This document shows, piece after piece, positions 18,037 through 26,468 of a DNA stretch of 64,000 bases. Source of the DNA: Candidatus Latescibacterota bacterium (GTDB lineage: Bacteria; Latescibacterota; UBA2968; GCA-2709665); the NCBI GenBank assembly GCA_965208835.1, contig OZ242358.1:640001-704000 (forward strand), read 5' to 3'. How positions within the stretch are numbered: position 1 is the first letter of the stretch; each line of letters starts with the position of its first letter. Both the position numbers and the translations under genes were made by a program. The notes below the pieces were generated by a model that was not told the DNA's origin, searched no databases, and saw only the letters and a list, made by a program, of their open reading frames with translations.

Positions 18037-20007
18037 ATGATATCAGCAAAGAACATTGCATTTGTCGCCACTTTCGCGTTGCTGGTTTTCGTTACATTCG
18101 TCGCCGCGGGTTCAGACGTGCATGCCGGTCGAACGACGCCGCAGGGGAACACAGCCAATTCCGATGGCCAGGACTCTGCGTTTCTGCCGGACTTCGACGG
18201 TAACGGGACGGTCGACTTCAGCGATTTTACGCAGTTTGCGTCAAAATTCGGACGAAGTGAAGGCGATGACGGGTACGATGCCCGGTTCGATCTGAATGGC
18301 GACGGGGAAATCGGGTTCTCGGACTTTGTGGTCTTTTCGCAACACTACGGGAAGGACCTTTCCTTCGGGATGCTCCTGCCCTGGGATCTTTCCAGAATCG
18401 TGCCGATCGACTCGGTCCGATCCACACCTGTAGGCACACGTGTCTTCATGCGGACCGAATTCGCCAACGGCAAACTCGCCGACCTGGAAATGAAGTTTAT
18501 CCAGGTCGTGGACGACTTCCTGCCACCCATGCCGGTCTATATGGTGGAAGCCTCCGATTCCGTGCTGGTCGCCCTGGGAGGCATCGCCAAGGGCATGAGC
18601 GGTTCCCCGATTTTTTCGCCGCAGGGCGCCTGGGGCGCGATCGCCTACGGCTTCATCGCGCAGGACAACCCGCCCTACTACTTTTTCGCCACGCCCATCG
18701 AATGGGTTATCGGCGAACGGGGAACCGTACCATTGGCCAAACGCGCGGCCACGTGGGGCGATAACAGCATCGTGCCCCTGGATATCCCACTCTTGAGTAC
18801 CGGCCTCAACCGTGTCCAGTTGGCGCCGGAAGGGCGTTCGTCTCCTCTCAGCAACGCCGTCCCCGCCGGTCTGACCACGCAGCGCCAGACCAGCTTCGCG
18901 CCGGGCCGGCCGCTGGCGGTTGGTGTACTGCTTGGCGAACTGACACTCGGCGCTATCGGGACCATCTCCTTCGTCGATGGCGACCGGATCTATGGTTTCG
19001 GACATTCCATGGATGACGCCGGCCCGGTTTCGCTGCCTATCATCGAGGCCGTGGTGTTGGGAGAAATTTCCAATCTGTCGGCGCCGTACAAGTTCGCAAC
19101 GCTGAACCCGACGGTACGCGGCACGCTCACCGAGGACCGTATTCCCGCGGTCCGGGGCATACTGGGCGCAGAACCGGAGCTGGTTCCGATCAGAAGCGTG
19201 TATACGTTTCCTTCGGGCGCAGAGGTAGAGCTCCTGCATACGATGCCCACGGTTGGCGTGAGCCCGGATATGTCAGTCGATCTCGTGGCTGGAGCGTTCT
19301 TCAGACCCCTTGCCAATCGTGTCGAGCTGGACCCGGACCACAGTATCCGCGTTACGGCGGATGTTTCCTTTGACGTTACTGACTCCACGCTCTCACGTAC
19401 GCGACTCTACGCCTCGCCCGAAGGCAGGCTCGGCTCGTTGATCCGGTACGCGTTATCCAATATTTCCTCCGCGCTCTTCGATCTGATGACGAGGGACGAC
19501 TACGCATTGCAGGTGACCGATGCCGGGGTACATGTGGAAGTGATTGCGGAACCCCGTTTCGCCACCGTCTTTGATGTGTCCGCGGACACGGTGGCCAGCC
19601 CCGGGGACACGCTGGACGTTACCGCATTGTTACGGGTGGGACGCCGGATTGATCGGGAGGTCGAATTGTCGCTCGGCGTTCCTGAATCGTTTCCGCCGGG
19701 CGTGTACAGTCTCGTCCTGGGTTCGGCCGCAGAGCTGGCGGCGGGTGGCGGACCCGGCTTCGGCCGTTTCCCGCGTGACGAGACGCTCGAGGAAGCTTTT
19801 GAGAGGGTAAACGGCGAGGACAAAAACGTCGTTTTGGAAGCCTTTCTGACGTTCGATATGCCCTTCGGACCGCCGGATGGTCAGGGACGCCCGCCCGGCC
19901 AGGGAGGCGGCCCGCGGCCGTCAACCTCGGTCCGGAAGGAAGTCGATCTGGTCATCGAGGGCTTGAAGGGCCTGTCCTTAAAGGTCGTTGCGCCGGCGGA
20001 GGAGTGA
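18037..20007 (+). CDS. Secreted SpoIVB-like (S55) serine peptidase with N-terminal EF-hand/dockerin-like pair
   Basis: Signal peptide, DFDGNGTVDFSDF...FDLNGDGEIGFSDF, GGIAKGMSGSPI, AIGTISFVDGDRIYGFGH. Confidence 0.8.
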   Translation: MISAKNIAFVATFALLVFVTFVAAGSDVHAGRTTPQGNTANSDGQDSAFLPDFDGNGTVDFSDFTQFASKFGRSEGDDGYDARFDLNGDGEIGFSDFVVFSQHYGKDLSFGMLLPWDLSRIVPIDSVRSTPVGTRVFMRTEFANGKLADLEMKFIQVVDDFLPPMPVYMVEASDSVLVALGGIAKGMSGSPIFSPQGAWGAIAYGFIAQDNPPYYFFATPIEWVIGERGTVPLAKRAATWGDNSIVPLDIPLLSTGLNRVQLAPEGRSSPLSNAVPAGLTTQRQTSFAPGRPLAVGVLLGELTLGAIGTISFVDGDRIYGFGHSMDDAGPVSLPIIEAVVLGEISNLSAPYKFATLNPTVRGTLTEDRIPAVRGILGAEPELVPIRSVYTFPSGAEVELLHTMPTVGVSPDMSVDLVAGAFFRPLANRVELDPDHSIRVTADVSFDVTDSTLSRTRLYASPEGRLGSLIRYALSNISSALFDLMTRDDYALQVTDAGVHVEVIAEPRFATVFDVSADTVASPGDTLDVTALLRVGRRIDREVELSLGVPESFPPGVYSLVLGSAAELAAGGGPGFGRFPRDETLEEAFERVNGEDKNVVLEAFLTFDMPFGPPDGQGRPPGQGGGPRPSTSVRKEVDLVIEGLKGLSLKVVAPAEE

Positions 20008-20008
20008 C

Positions 20009-21055
20009 ATGCAGGACGTTGCCATGCCAGACCACGACGTCGGGATCGGGATCATCGGAGGCGGGAAAGCAGGGCGGAATTTCGCCCTGGCTATTCGATC
20101 CTGCGCGGGCGCCGAGGTGCGGATGTTCTGCACGCGGAGCGAGGACTCGGCCCGGACGGCTGCGGAATTCTGCGGGGTTGCGGGATGGACTGCCGACTAT
20201 CCCGCGATGTTACAGGATCCGGATATCCATGCTGTAATCGTGGCCACCCCCGACGAATTCCACTGCGAGCACACCGTTCTGGCCGCCCGTGCGAAAAAAC
20301 ACGTGCTGTGTGAGAAGCCGATGTGCCGGTCTCCCGAAGAGGCGGACCTGATGATCCGGGAAGCAAGGGAGAACGGCGTGATACTCATGGTCGGGTTCAC
20401 GGAGCGGTACAGCCACCCGTGTATGGAGGCCAGGAGACGGATCGATGCCGGAGAGATCGGCACGCCCAGGATGATGCTCGCGAGGAGATGCCATCCGCTT
20501 TCCGTGCTGAGAGGCAGGGCATGGGTGAACGACGTTGAGACCGGCGGGGTCCTGAACTACGCCGGACCGCACAATATCGATCTGGTCTGCTGGCTGATGG
20601 GCGGGCCTCCCGAGCGCGTGTACGCCGAGATGGGGCAGCTCATCCTGAAAGACCAGGACTTCACCGATTGTGCCGTAATGACGTTCAGGTTCCCCAACGG
20701 GTCCATCGCGACGCTCTACGAGACCTTCGCGTACCCGGGCGCGTATCCCCATGGTGTGGACCGGAATATCGAGATTCTGGGAGAGCGGGGCGTCCTGCAC
20801 GTGGACTTCATGTCCCAGCCCCTGAAGGTATATACCGATGCCGGTTACGAGGTGGCCGATTCGGTGACGTGGCCGATGGGGGAACGCGGAATCCAGGGAA
20901 CACTTCTGGCCGAGGTCGAGCATTTTATCGCGTGCGTGCGTGAGGGAAGAACGCCGCTGACAACGGGTGAAGACGGCAAACTGGCCATGAGAATCGCGCT
21001 TTCGGCGAGAGAAGCGGCCAAGACCGGCAAGGCAATACCCATTCATGACACGTAA
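20009..21055 (+). CDS. Gfo/Idh/MocA family oxidoreductase
   Basis: GIIGGGKAG, VATPDEFH, VLCEKPM, GGVLNYAGPHNID. Confidence 0.9.
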   Translation: MQDVAMPDHDVGIGIIGGGKAGRNFALAIRSCAGAEVRMFCTRSEDSARTAAEFCGVAGWTADYPAMLQDPDIHAVIVATPDEFHCEHTVLAARAKKHVLCEKPMCRSPEEADLMIREARENGVILMVGFTERYSHPCMEARRRIDAGEIGTPRMMLARRCHPLSVLRGRAWVNDVETGGVLNYAGPHNIDLVCWLMGGPPERVYAEMGQLILKDQDFTDCAVMTFRFPNGSIATLYETFAYPGAYPHGVDRNIEILGERGVLHVDFMSQPLKVYTDAGYEVADSVTWPMGERGIQGTLLAEVEHFIACVREGRTPLTTGEDGKLAMRIALSAREAAKTGKAIPIHDT

Positions 21056-21099
21056 GTGACCCTTGGGACATCGCCGAAATACGCTCGGAGGTGACACCT

Positions 21100-24000
21100 A
21101 TGTTGTCTATCGATCCGAAGGCGCCGGTCCCGCGACCGGGAAGATCCATCTGGTACACGGTGGATGCGATTCGGCGTGCGCGGGAGAACATCCGTACCCG
21201 GGCGTGGGCCGCGAAGGAGTGGGCGCAAATCAGCGCGGTGGCGGAGAACTGGGTCCTGGTGTCCGACGAGGAGATACACGCGCTGGTTCCGGACCGGGGG
21301 TCGATCTTCTGCAGCGGGCGCAACGGAAGTCCCTGCTGCAAGGCGGCCTGGCGGTGCGACGTGTCACAGCCCGGGCGGGCTTTTTGTGGGGAGTGCGGGC
21401 GCGAATATCCGGAGAACGAGAAGGGGTCTCCGTTTCGCGACGAAGGACATGGTTTCTATTACGAGGGGAAGTGGTTCGCGCCGGTGCCCGTGTGGAACAG
21501 CTTTATCGTTAGTATGCTCAGCACCTATTCGTACGGGTCGGGCGGCCCCACGGACAACGCGCTACTGAATCTGGCCCTCGCCTACGCGATTACCGGCGAG
21601 ACCCGGTTCGGTGAAAAGGCGCTGTTGATTTACGATGCGCTGGCCACATTGGCCCCCACAACAATGGGACCATTGGACATTCCCGAAGGTCAGGAGCGGG
21701 AGATGGGCCGCATGCACGCGGAGACATGCCACGTCAACCGGCAACGATTTGTGGACATGCAGGCATACGACCTGATTTCCGGGCTTCCGGCGATGGACGA
21801 GATTTCGCCCACGCGCGGGGGTGCGCGCGTCAACATCAGAGAAAATATCGCCCACGGCATGCTGGAAGACTACGTGATGACGGAGGGCGGCGGGTACAAT
21901 CTGCGCGGCGGCAATCTCACGCATTTTCAGAATCACGAACTGGACGGATTCCGGGCGATGCTTTCCATCGGCCTGGCGACGGACAGATCCGATTTCATCA
22001 CGTGGGCGGGCAGCGCGTCCCGGGCTTTTCTGGACAATGTGGTCGGCCGGGACGGGGGGTACTACGAGAACTCCGAGATGTACGCGTATTTTTCCGGTAC
22101 GCTGATGCAGGACGTGGCGGAATTGCTGTACCACTACGACCCGCGGAAGTACTCCCCGGCAGAAGATTACCCTGAGGCGGAAACGCTGGTTGGTCTGAGC
22201 AACGCCTTCGATCATCCCCGCCTCGTCCGGTTGTGCCTGGAATACCCGGAGCTGACGCGGGCGTGCGGGCGCATCCCCTCCTATGGGAATACGAACGCGC
22301 TCCCGGGTTACCGGCCGCCTTCGGAACGGCAGGTGATGGGTTCGCAATGGTCTCTGCTGGAGCGGCTCTACATTCGGAGTGACGACGCGGGAACGAGGCG
22401 TCGGGCGAAAGAACTGATGCTGGACCTGTCGGACGGCGCGGCGGAAAACGTCCGCAACGGCACGTGGGCGCTGTTCAATTCGGAAACTGGGCCTGCCGGA
22501 GAAGACCGGGCGGGTCCACAGACCGCCTCTTCGTTCGCCGGCCACAAGGGCGTGGTGGTCCTGCGAAGCGGGACGGGCGACCGGTCGCGGGCGCTGATTG
22601 TGCGCGGGGGCGCAAATCTGCTTTCGCAGGACGACCAGTTGGCCGTTTTTCTGTACGATAAGGGCAGGACAGTCATCGAAGACGTGGGTTACGCGCTGGC
22701 CGGTTCACACGTGCATAAGGGATGGGGGATGCGGGCGATCTCCCACGCCATGGTGACTGTGGACGAAGACATCCCCACGTCTCAGGGCTACGAATTCGTG
22801 CCGAGCGCGGACCTGGTCGCCTTCGAGGACCTGGGCGACGTGAAGGTCGCGGAATACTCGGCGCCGCTGTCGCGGATTCACCAGGGCGCGACCGAGTACC
22901 GTCGAGTTCTGGTCTTCTGCGACGTCGACGAGGACACGTCGTACACCCTGGATCTGTTCCTGGTGGCAGGTGGTCGGATCCACGACTACGCGATGAACGG
23001 GCCCAGGTTTTTCGACGAGGACTCGGGGTCTTATTCGCTGGAAGGCGTGTCGCCCGAGGAACGTGCGGGGGTCTGGACACTGGCGGCACTGGGGACGGCG
23101 GACGGTTCCGAAGAGGCAAACGCGCCAGGAAAGAGCTGGGGGGAACGGATCGGGCCGAATGACCGCATTCAGGGTGTGGCCGCGCCGGACGGAAGCCCGC
23201 TGCCATACGGATGGCTGCCGCCTCCCGGAAACGGGTACGCGTTCATTCACGACGTAAGAACCGCCACGCTGGACCGGGACGCATACGCTCACTGGCGGTT
23301 CGGAGATGTGCGGGACACCCAATACGGTGTGTGGTTTCCCGCCGACCCCTCGGCGACCCTGGTCGCTGCGAAGGGTCCCGATCTGCGAGGTGACCAGCAG
23401 ATCCGTCGTCTGATCGTCCGTAGGGTAGGCGAGGATCTGAAGAGTATGTTCGTCAGTGTGTTTGAAGCCTTTTCGGGTTCGCGCAACGTGACAGGCGTAA
23501 GGGTGCTTGCGCGCGAGGAGGAAACCGGAAGCGCCGCGGTGCGCGTGGAGCTGGCGGACGGCCGGGTGGACACGCATTTGTTTTCGAGGCGCGGCCGGAT
23601 GGAAGTCCGGGGTGGGGATGGGGTGCCGATCGCGCTCGACGGTCGGTTCGGCGTCGTTCGTGAACGAAATGGGGTGGCGGCGCTTCACCTTGTGGAAGGG
23701 ACGCGCCTGCGGCATGGTGGCACCGAAGCGAGGCTCTCTCGGTCAGGTTTCGACGCACGGATCGTGGAACTGGACGCCGACGCGGAATCCGTGACGATCG
23801 ACCGGTGTCTCCCTGACACAATGTCGCTGGAGGGACGCCTCTGCCGGGTGAAATCGGGCGAAACCGAATCGCCGTACTCTCACAGCTCCGCATACCGGGT
23901 TGTCGCCGCGGAGGACGGGAAAAACGCCTGCCTCCTCCTGCAGCACGGCGATCCCCGGCTTGCGAGAGGGACGATTGCCTCCGTCGAGCCCCCGGACATT

Positions 24001-24261
24001 CTGTTCTGCGACGTACCGCTCGCTTTTGCCTGGGGTTTCAACAACAGCGGTGACAAGGGCGAATACAGGGGAAAGTTGCTGCGTACGGAGGACGGCTCCT
24101 TCGCGTCCCGGATCGTCGAACTGTTAGCGTTCAAGAAGGTCCGGCTGGAGTCTGTGGCAGGGCTTCGGGCGGGCAGCCGGTTCGAAATCCTGGACTTTAA
24201 ACCGGGCGATCGGATTTCGATTCCGAATTCCGGCGGCGAATGCCCGGCGCGGCGAGGTTGA
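21100..24261 (+). CDS. Large heparinase II/III-like protein with Cys-rich N-terminal motif, no signal peptide
   Basis: LALAYAITGE, FQNHE, DGGYYENSEMY, VVLRSG, SHAMVTVD, EYRRVL. N-terminal PCCK...FCGECGREYP. ATG 21100 follows GGAGGTG. Confidence 0.65.
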   Translation: MLSIDPKAPVPRPGRSIWYTVDAIRRARENIRTRAWAAKEWAQISAVAENWVLVSDEEIHALVPDRGSIFCSGRNGSPCCKAAWRCDVSQPGRAFCGECGREYPENEKGSPFRDEGHGFYYEGKWFAPVPVWNSFIVSMLSTYSYGSGGPTDNALLNLALAYAITGETRFGEKALLIYDALATLAPTTMGPLDIPEGQEREMGRMHAETCHVNRQRFVDMQAYDLISGLPAMDEISPTRGGARVNIRENIAHGMLEDYVMTEGGGYNLRGGNLTHFQNHELDGFRAMLSIGLATDRSDFITWAGSASRAFLDNVVGRDGGYYENSEMYAYFSGTLMQDVAELLYHYDPRKYSPAEDYPEAETLVGLSNAFDHPRLVRLCLEYPELTRACGRIPSYGNTNALPGYRPPSERQVMGSQWSLLERLYIRSDDAGTRRRAKELMLDLSDGAAENVRNGTWALFNSETGPAGEDRAGPQTASSFAGHKGVVVLRSGTGDRSRALIVRGGANLLSQDDQLAVFLYDKGRTVIEDVGYALAGSHVHKGWGMRAISHAMVTVDEDIPTSQGYEFVPSADLVAFEDLGDVKVAEYSAPLSRIHQGATEYRRVLVFCDVDEDTSYTLDLFLVAGGRIHDYAMNGPRFFDEDSGSYSLEGVSPEERAGVWTLAALGTADGSEEANAPGKSWGERIGPNDRIQGVAAPDGSPLPYGWLPPPGNGYAFIHDVRTATLDRDAYAHWRFGDVRDTQYGVWFPADPSATLVAAKGPDLRGDQQIRRLIVRRVGEDLKSMFVSVFEAFSGSRNVTGVRVLAREEETGSAAVRVELADGRVDTHLFSRRGRMEVRGGDGVPIALDGRFGVVRERNGVAALHLVEGTRLRHGGTEARLSRSGFDARIVELDADAESVTIDRCLPDTMSLEGRLCRVKSGETESPYSHSSAYRVVAAEDGKNACLLLQHGDPRLARGTIASVEPPDILFCDVPLAFAWGFNNSGDKGEYRGKLLRTEDGSFASRIVELLAFKKVRLESVAGLRAGSRFEILDFKPGDRISIPNSGGECPARRG

Positions 24262-24344
24262 AGACCGTTCGAGAACCCGGTGCAAAGTGCCGCCGCGGGG
24301 TTGGGTTACGCGGCCCGGAGTTCCGACAAGTAGACCCTTTTCCC

Positions 24345-24372
24345 TTGAACTTTCACGATAATTCCATATTAT
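24345..24372 (+). promoter_or_regulatory. Putative sigma70 promoter for the transporter operon
   Basis: TTGAAC (24345-24350), 16-nt spacer, TATTAT (24367-24372), in an AT-rich patch about 110 nt upstream of ATG 24483. Confidence 0.45.
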
Positions 24373-24482
24373 GCGCGTGATGATTTTACGCCCGCGGACA
24401 GCGGCGGGTCGGCAGCCCGCAGGGTCGATAGGTCAGGGTGAAGGCCACCGCCGTTTCGGCCCGAATCAACAGGGAGAACGTC

Positions 24483-26447
24483 ATGCAACTGGCTCAGCCG
24501 GATTCATATACTGAAGCGGCGTCAGGCCCGGAACGACGCGGCGTAACCGTGCGGGCGGTCGCAATCGGGCTTGGCGTAGCCCTGTTCATTCAAGGCTGGG
24601 GTATTTTTTCCAGCAGGGTGATCCGGTCGTCCGGCGTGACGGCCGGATTTCTTTCACCGGCACTCTTTATCGGGATCCTCCTCGTCCTGTTCATTCTGAA
24701 TCCCTTCCTGAAGCGGGTCGTCCGGTCCGCGGGGTTGAGCCTCGCGGAAGTGCTGACGATATTCGCGATGGGGCTGATGGGCGGCGCGCCCATCGCGTTA
24801 TTGTATGCCTTTATCACCATTCCGTACTACCTGGCCACTCCGGAAAACCAGTGGGGCGCCCTTCTTCACCCGCACCTGCCGTCGTGGGTCGCGCCTCTCG
24901 ACGTAGACGGTGCCGTTACGCTTCTGTTCAACGGCCTGCCTGGAGGTCAGGGCGCGATTCCATGGGGGGCGTGGGTTATTCCCATGTTCTGGTGGGTGCT
25001 TCTGTTCGGCGTTCTGGCCTTCGCCGCGGCTTCGCTCTCGGTGATACTCCGGAAACAATGGGTGGAACACGAGCGGTTGCGATACCCGGTCCTGGAGCCC
25101 ATCGTGGAGATGGCTTCCGGCTCCGAAACCGGCGGCTTGTGGCCGCAATTCGCCCGCGGAAAGCTGTTCTGGTTCGGCGCGGGGTTCGCGTTCGTCTTCA
25201 TTTTCTGGAACGCGCTGCCCTGGATCTCACCCGCCTTTCCCGAGATGCCGGTCCGGGGGCGGGTGTACGCCTTCTTCGGGCGGGATATGCCGCCGATGTT
25301 CAGCTATATCGATCCGTTTACGTTCGCGTTTTCATATTTCGCGAATCTGGACGTTCTGTTCAGCGTATGGTTCTTCTTCGCGGTGTTTGTGCTGGAATTC
25401 GGCATCTTCAACAGGCTGGGCTACAGTATCGGCGGACGCGGCGACAGGTACGGTTCCTATGACGCAGCATCGAGCTGGCAGGGCCTTGGCGCGTTCTGCG
25501 TCTTCGTGTTGTTCGGTCTGTGGATGGCCAGGCGCCACCTGAAAGACGTGGTGATGAAGGCCTGGCGGTCGGACGCTTCCGTGGACGATTCGCGTGAGAT
25601 GTTGTCGTATCGCACGGCGGTCGTCGGCATTCTGGTGGGGTTCGTGTTCACGGTCGTTTGGCTGAATCGGGCGGGCATGGACCTGCAGATGGCCATTCCG
25701 CTGGTGGCGATGCTGTTTATCCTCTACATCGGCGTTGCGCGGATTATTGCCGAATCGGGCCTCCTGTATGTGCAGGGGCCGATGACGGCACAGAGCTTTT
25801 CGGTCTATCTGCTGGGGGCCAAAGCCGTGTCGCCGTCCAGCCTCACCACGCTCCTGTTTTCGTATCCGATCCACGCGAATTCGACCTCCCAGATGTCGCA
25901 CGTGGCCAAGGTGGGAGAACAGGTCCGGGATCGCGGAAGGCGCCTGTTCTGGGCCGTGGGCCTGTCGTTCCTGGCGACGACCCTGGTTGTGATCATCGGG
26001 ACGCTCTTTCTCGGCTACACGCGCGGCGCCGAGAATTTCGGACATGGCTTCATCTGCGGGGGGGTTCACAATTTTCCGGATACCGTGAGCAAGATCAAGG
26101 AGCCGTTCGACGTCGACTGGAACCGGATCATGTTCTTTGGTATCGGCGCCGCTGTTATGGTCGTGCTCACGTTCCTCCGCTACCGGTTTCCCTGGTGGCC
26201 GATCCACCCGGTGGGGTTCGCCATCATGGGTACGGACCTGGTACGGAATTTTGCGCTGACGTTGTTCCTGGCATGGTCGTGCAAGACGGTTATCCTGCGG
26301 GTTGGCGGAAATTCGCTGTTTCGGCAGGCGCAGCCGTTCTTCCTCGGGCTGCTTGTGGGGCACGTTCTGGGGATAACGGGGGCATTCCTCGTGGATATGT
26401 TCATGTTCCCTGGAGCCGGGCACAGCATCCACCCGTGGATCGAATAG
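24483..26447 (+). CDS. DUF6785/DUF6784-like polytopic membrane protein (putative transporter), paralog 1
   Basis: Many hydrophobic helices, GVTVRAV, YYLATPENQW, QWVEHERLRYP, RIIAESG, LRYRFPWWPIHPVG, PFFLGL. Confidence 0.75.
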   Translation: MQLAQPDSYTEAASGPERRGVTVRAVAIGLGVALFIQGWGIFSSRVIRSSGVTAGFLSPALFIGILLVLFILNPFLKRVVRSAGLSLAEVLTIFAMGLMGGAPIALLYAFITIPYYLATPENQWGALLHPHLPSWVAPLDVDGAVTLLFNGLPGGQGAIPWGAWVIPMFWWVLLFGVLAFAAASLSVILRKQWVEHERLRYPVLEPIVEMASGSETGGLWPQFARGKLFWFGAGFAFVFIFWNALPWISPAFPEMPVRGRVYAFFGRDMPPMFSYIDPFTFAFSYFANLDVLFSVWFFFAVFVLEFGIFNRLGYSIGGRGDRYGSYDAASSWQGLGAFCVFVLFGLWMARRHLKDVVMKAWRSDASVDDSREMLSYRTAVVGILVGFVFTVVWLNRAGMDLQMAIPLVAMLFILYIGVARIIAESGLLYVQGPMTAQSFSVYLLGAKAVSPSSLTTLLFSYPIHANSTSQMSHVAKVGEQVRDRGRRLFWAVGLSFLATTLVVIIGTLFLGYTRGAENFGHGFICGGVHNFPDTVSKIKEPFDVDWNRIMFFGIGAAVMVVLTFLRYRFPWWPIHPVGFAIMGTDLVRNFALTLFLAWSCKTVILRVGGNSLFRQAQPFFLGLLVGHVLGITGAFLVDMFMFPGAGHSIHPWIE

Positions 26448-26468
26448 TCCCACGCGTAAGGACCAACG

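Noticed and set aside
24373-24482. Riboswitch in the transporter operon leader
   Set aside because: Only short GC pairings, with no recognisable aptamer or terminator.
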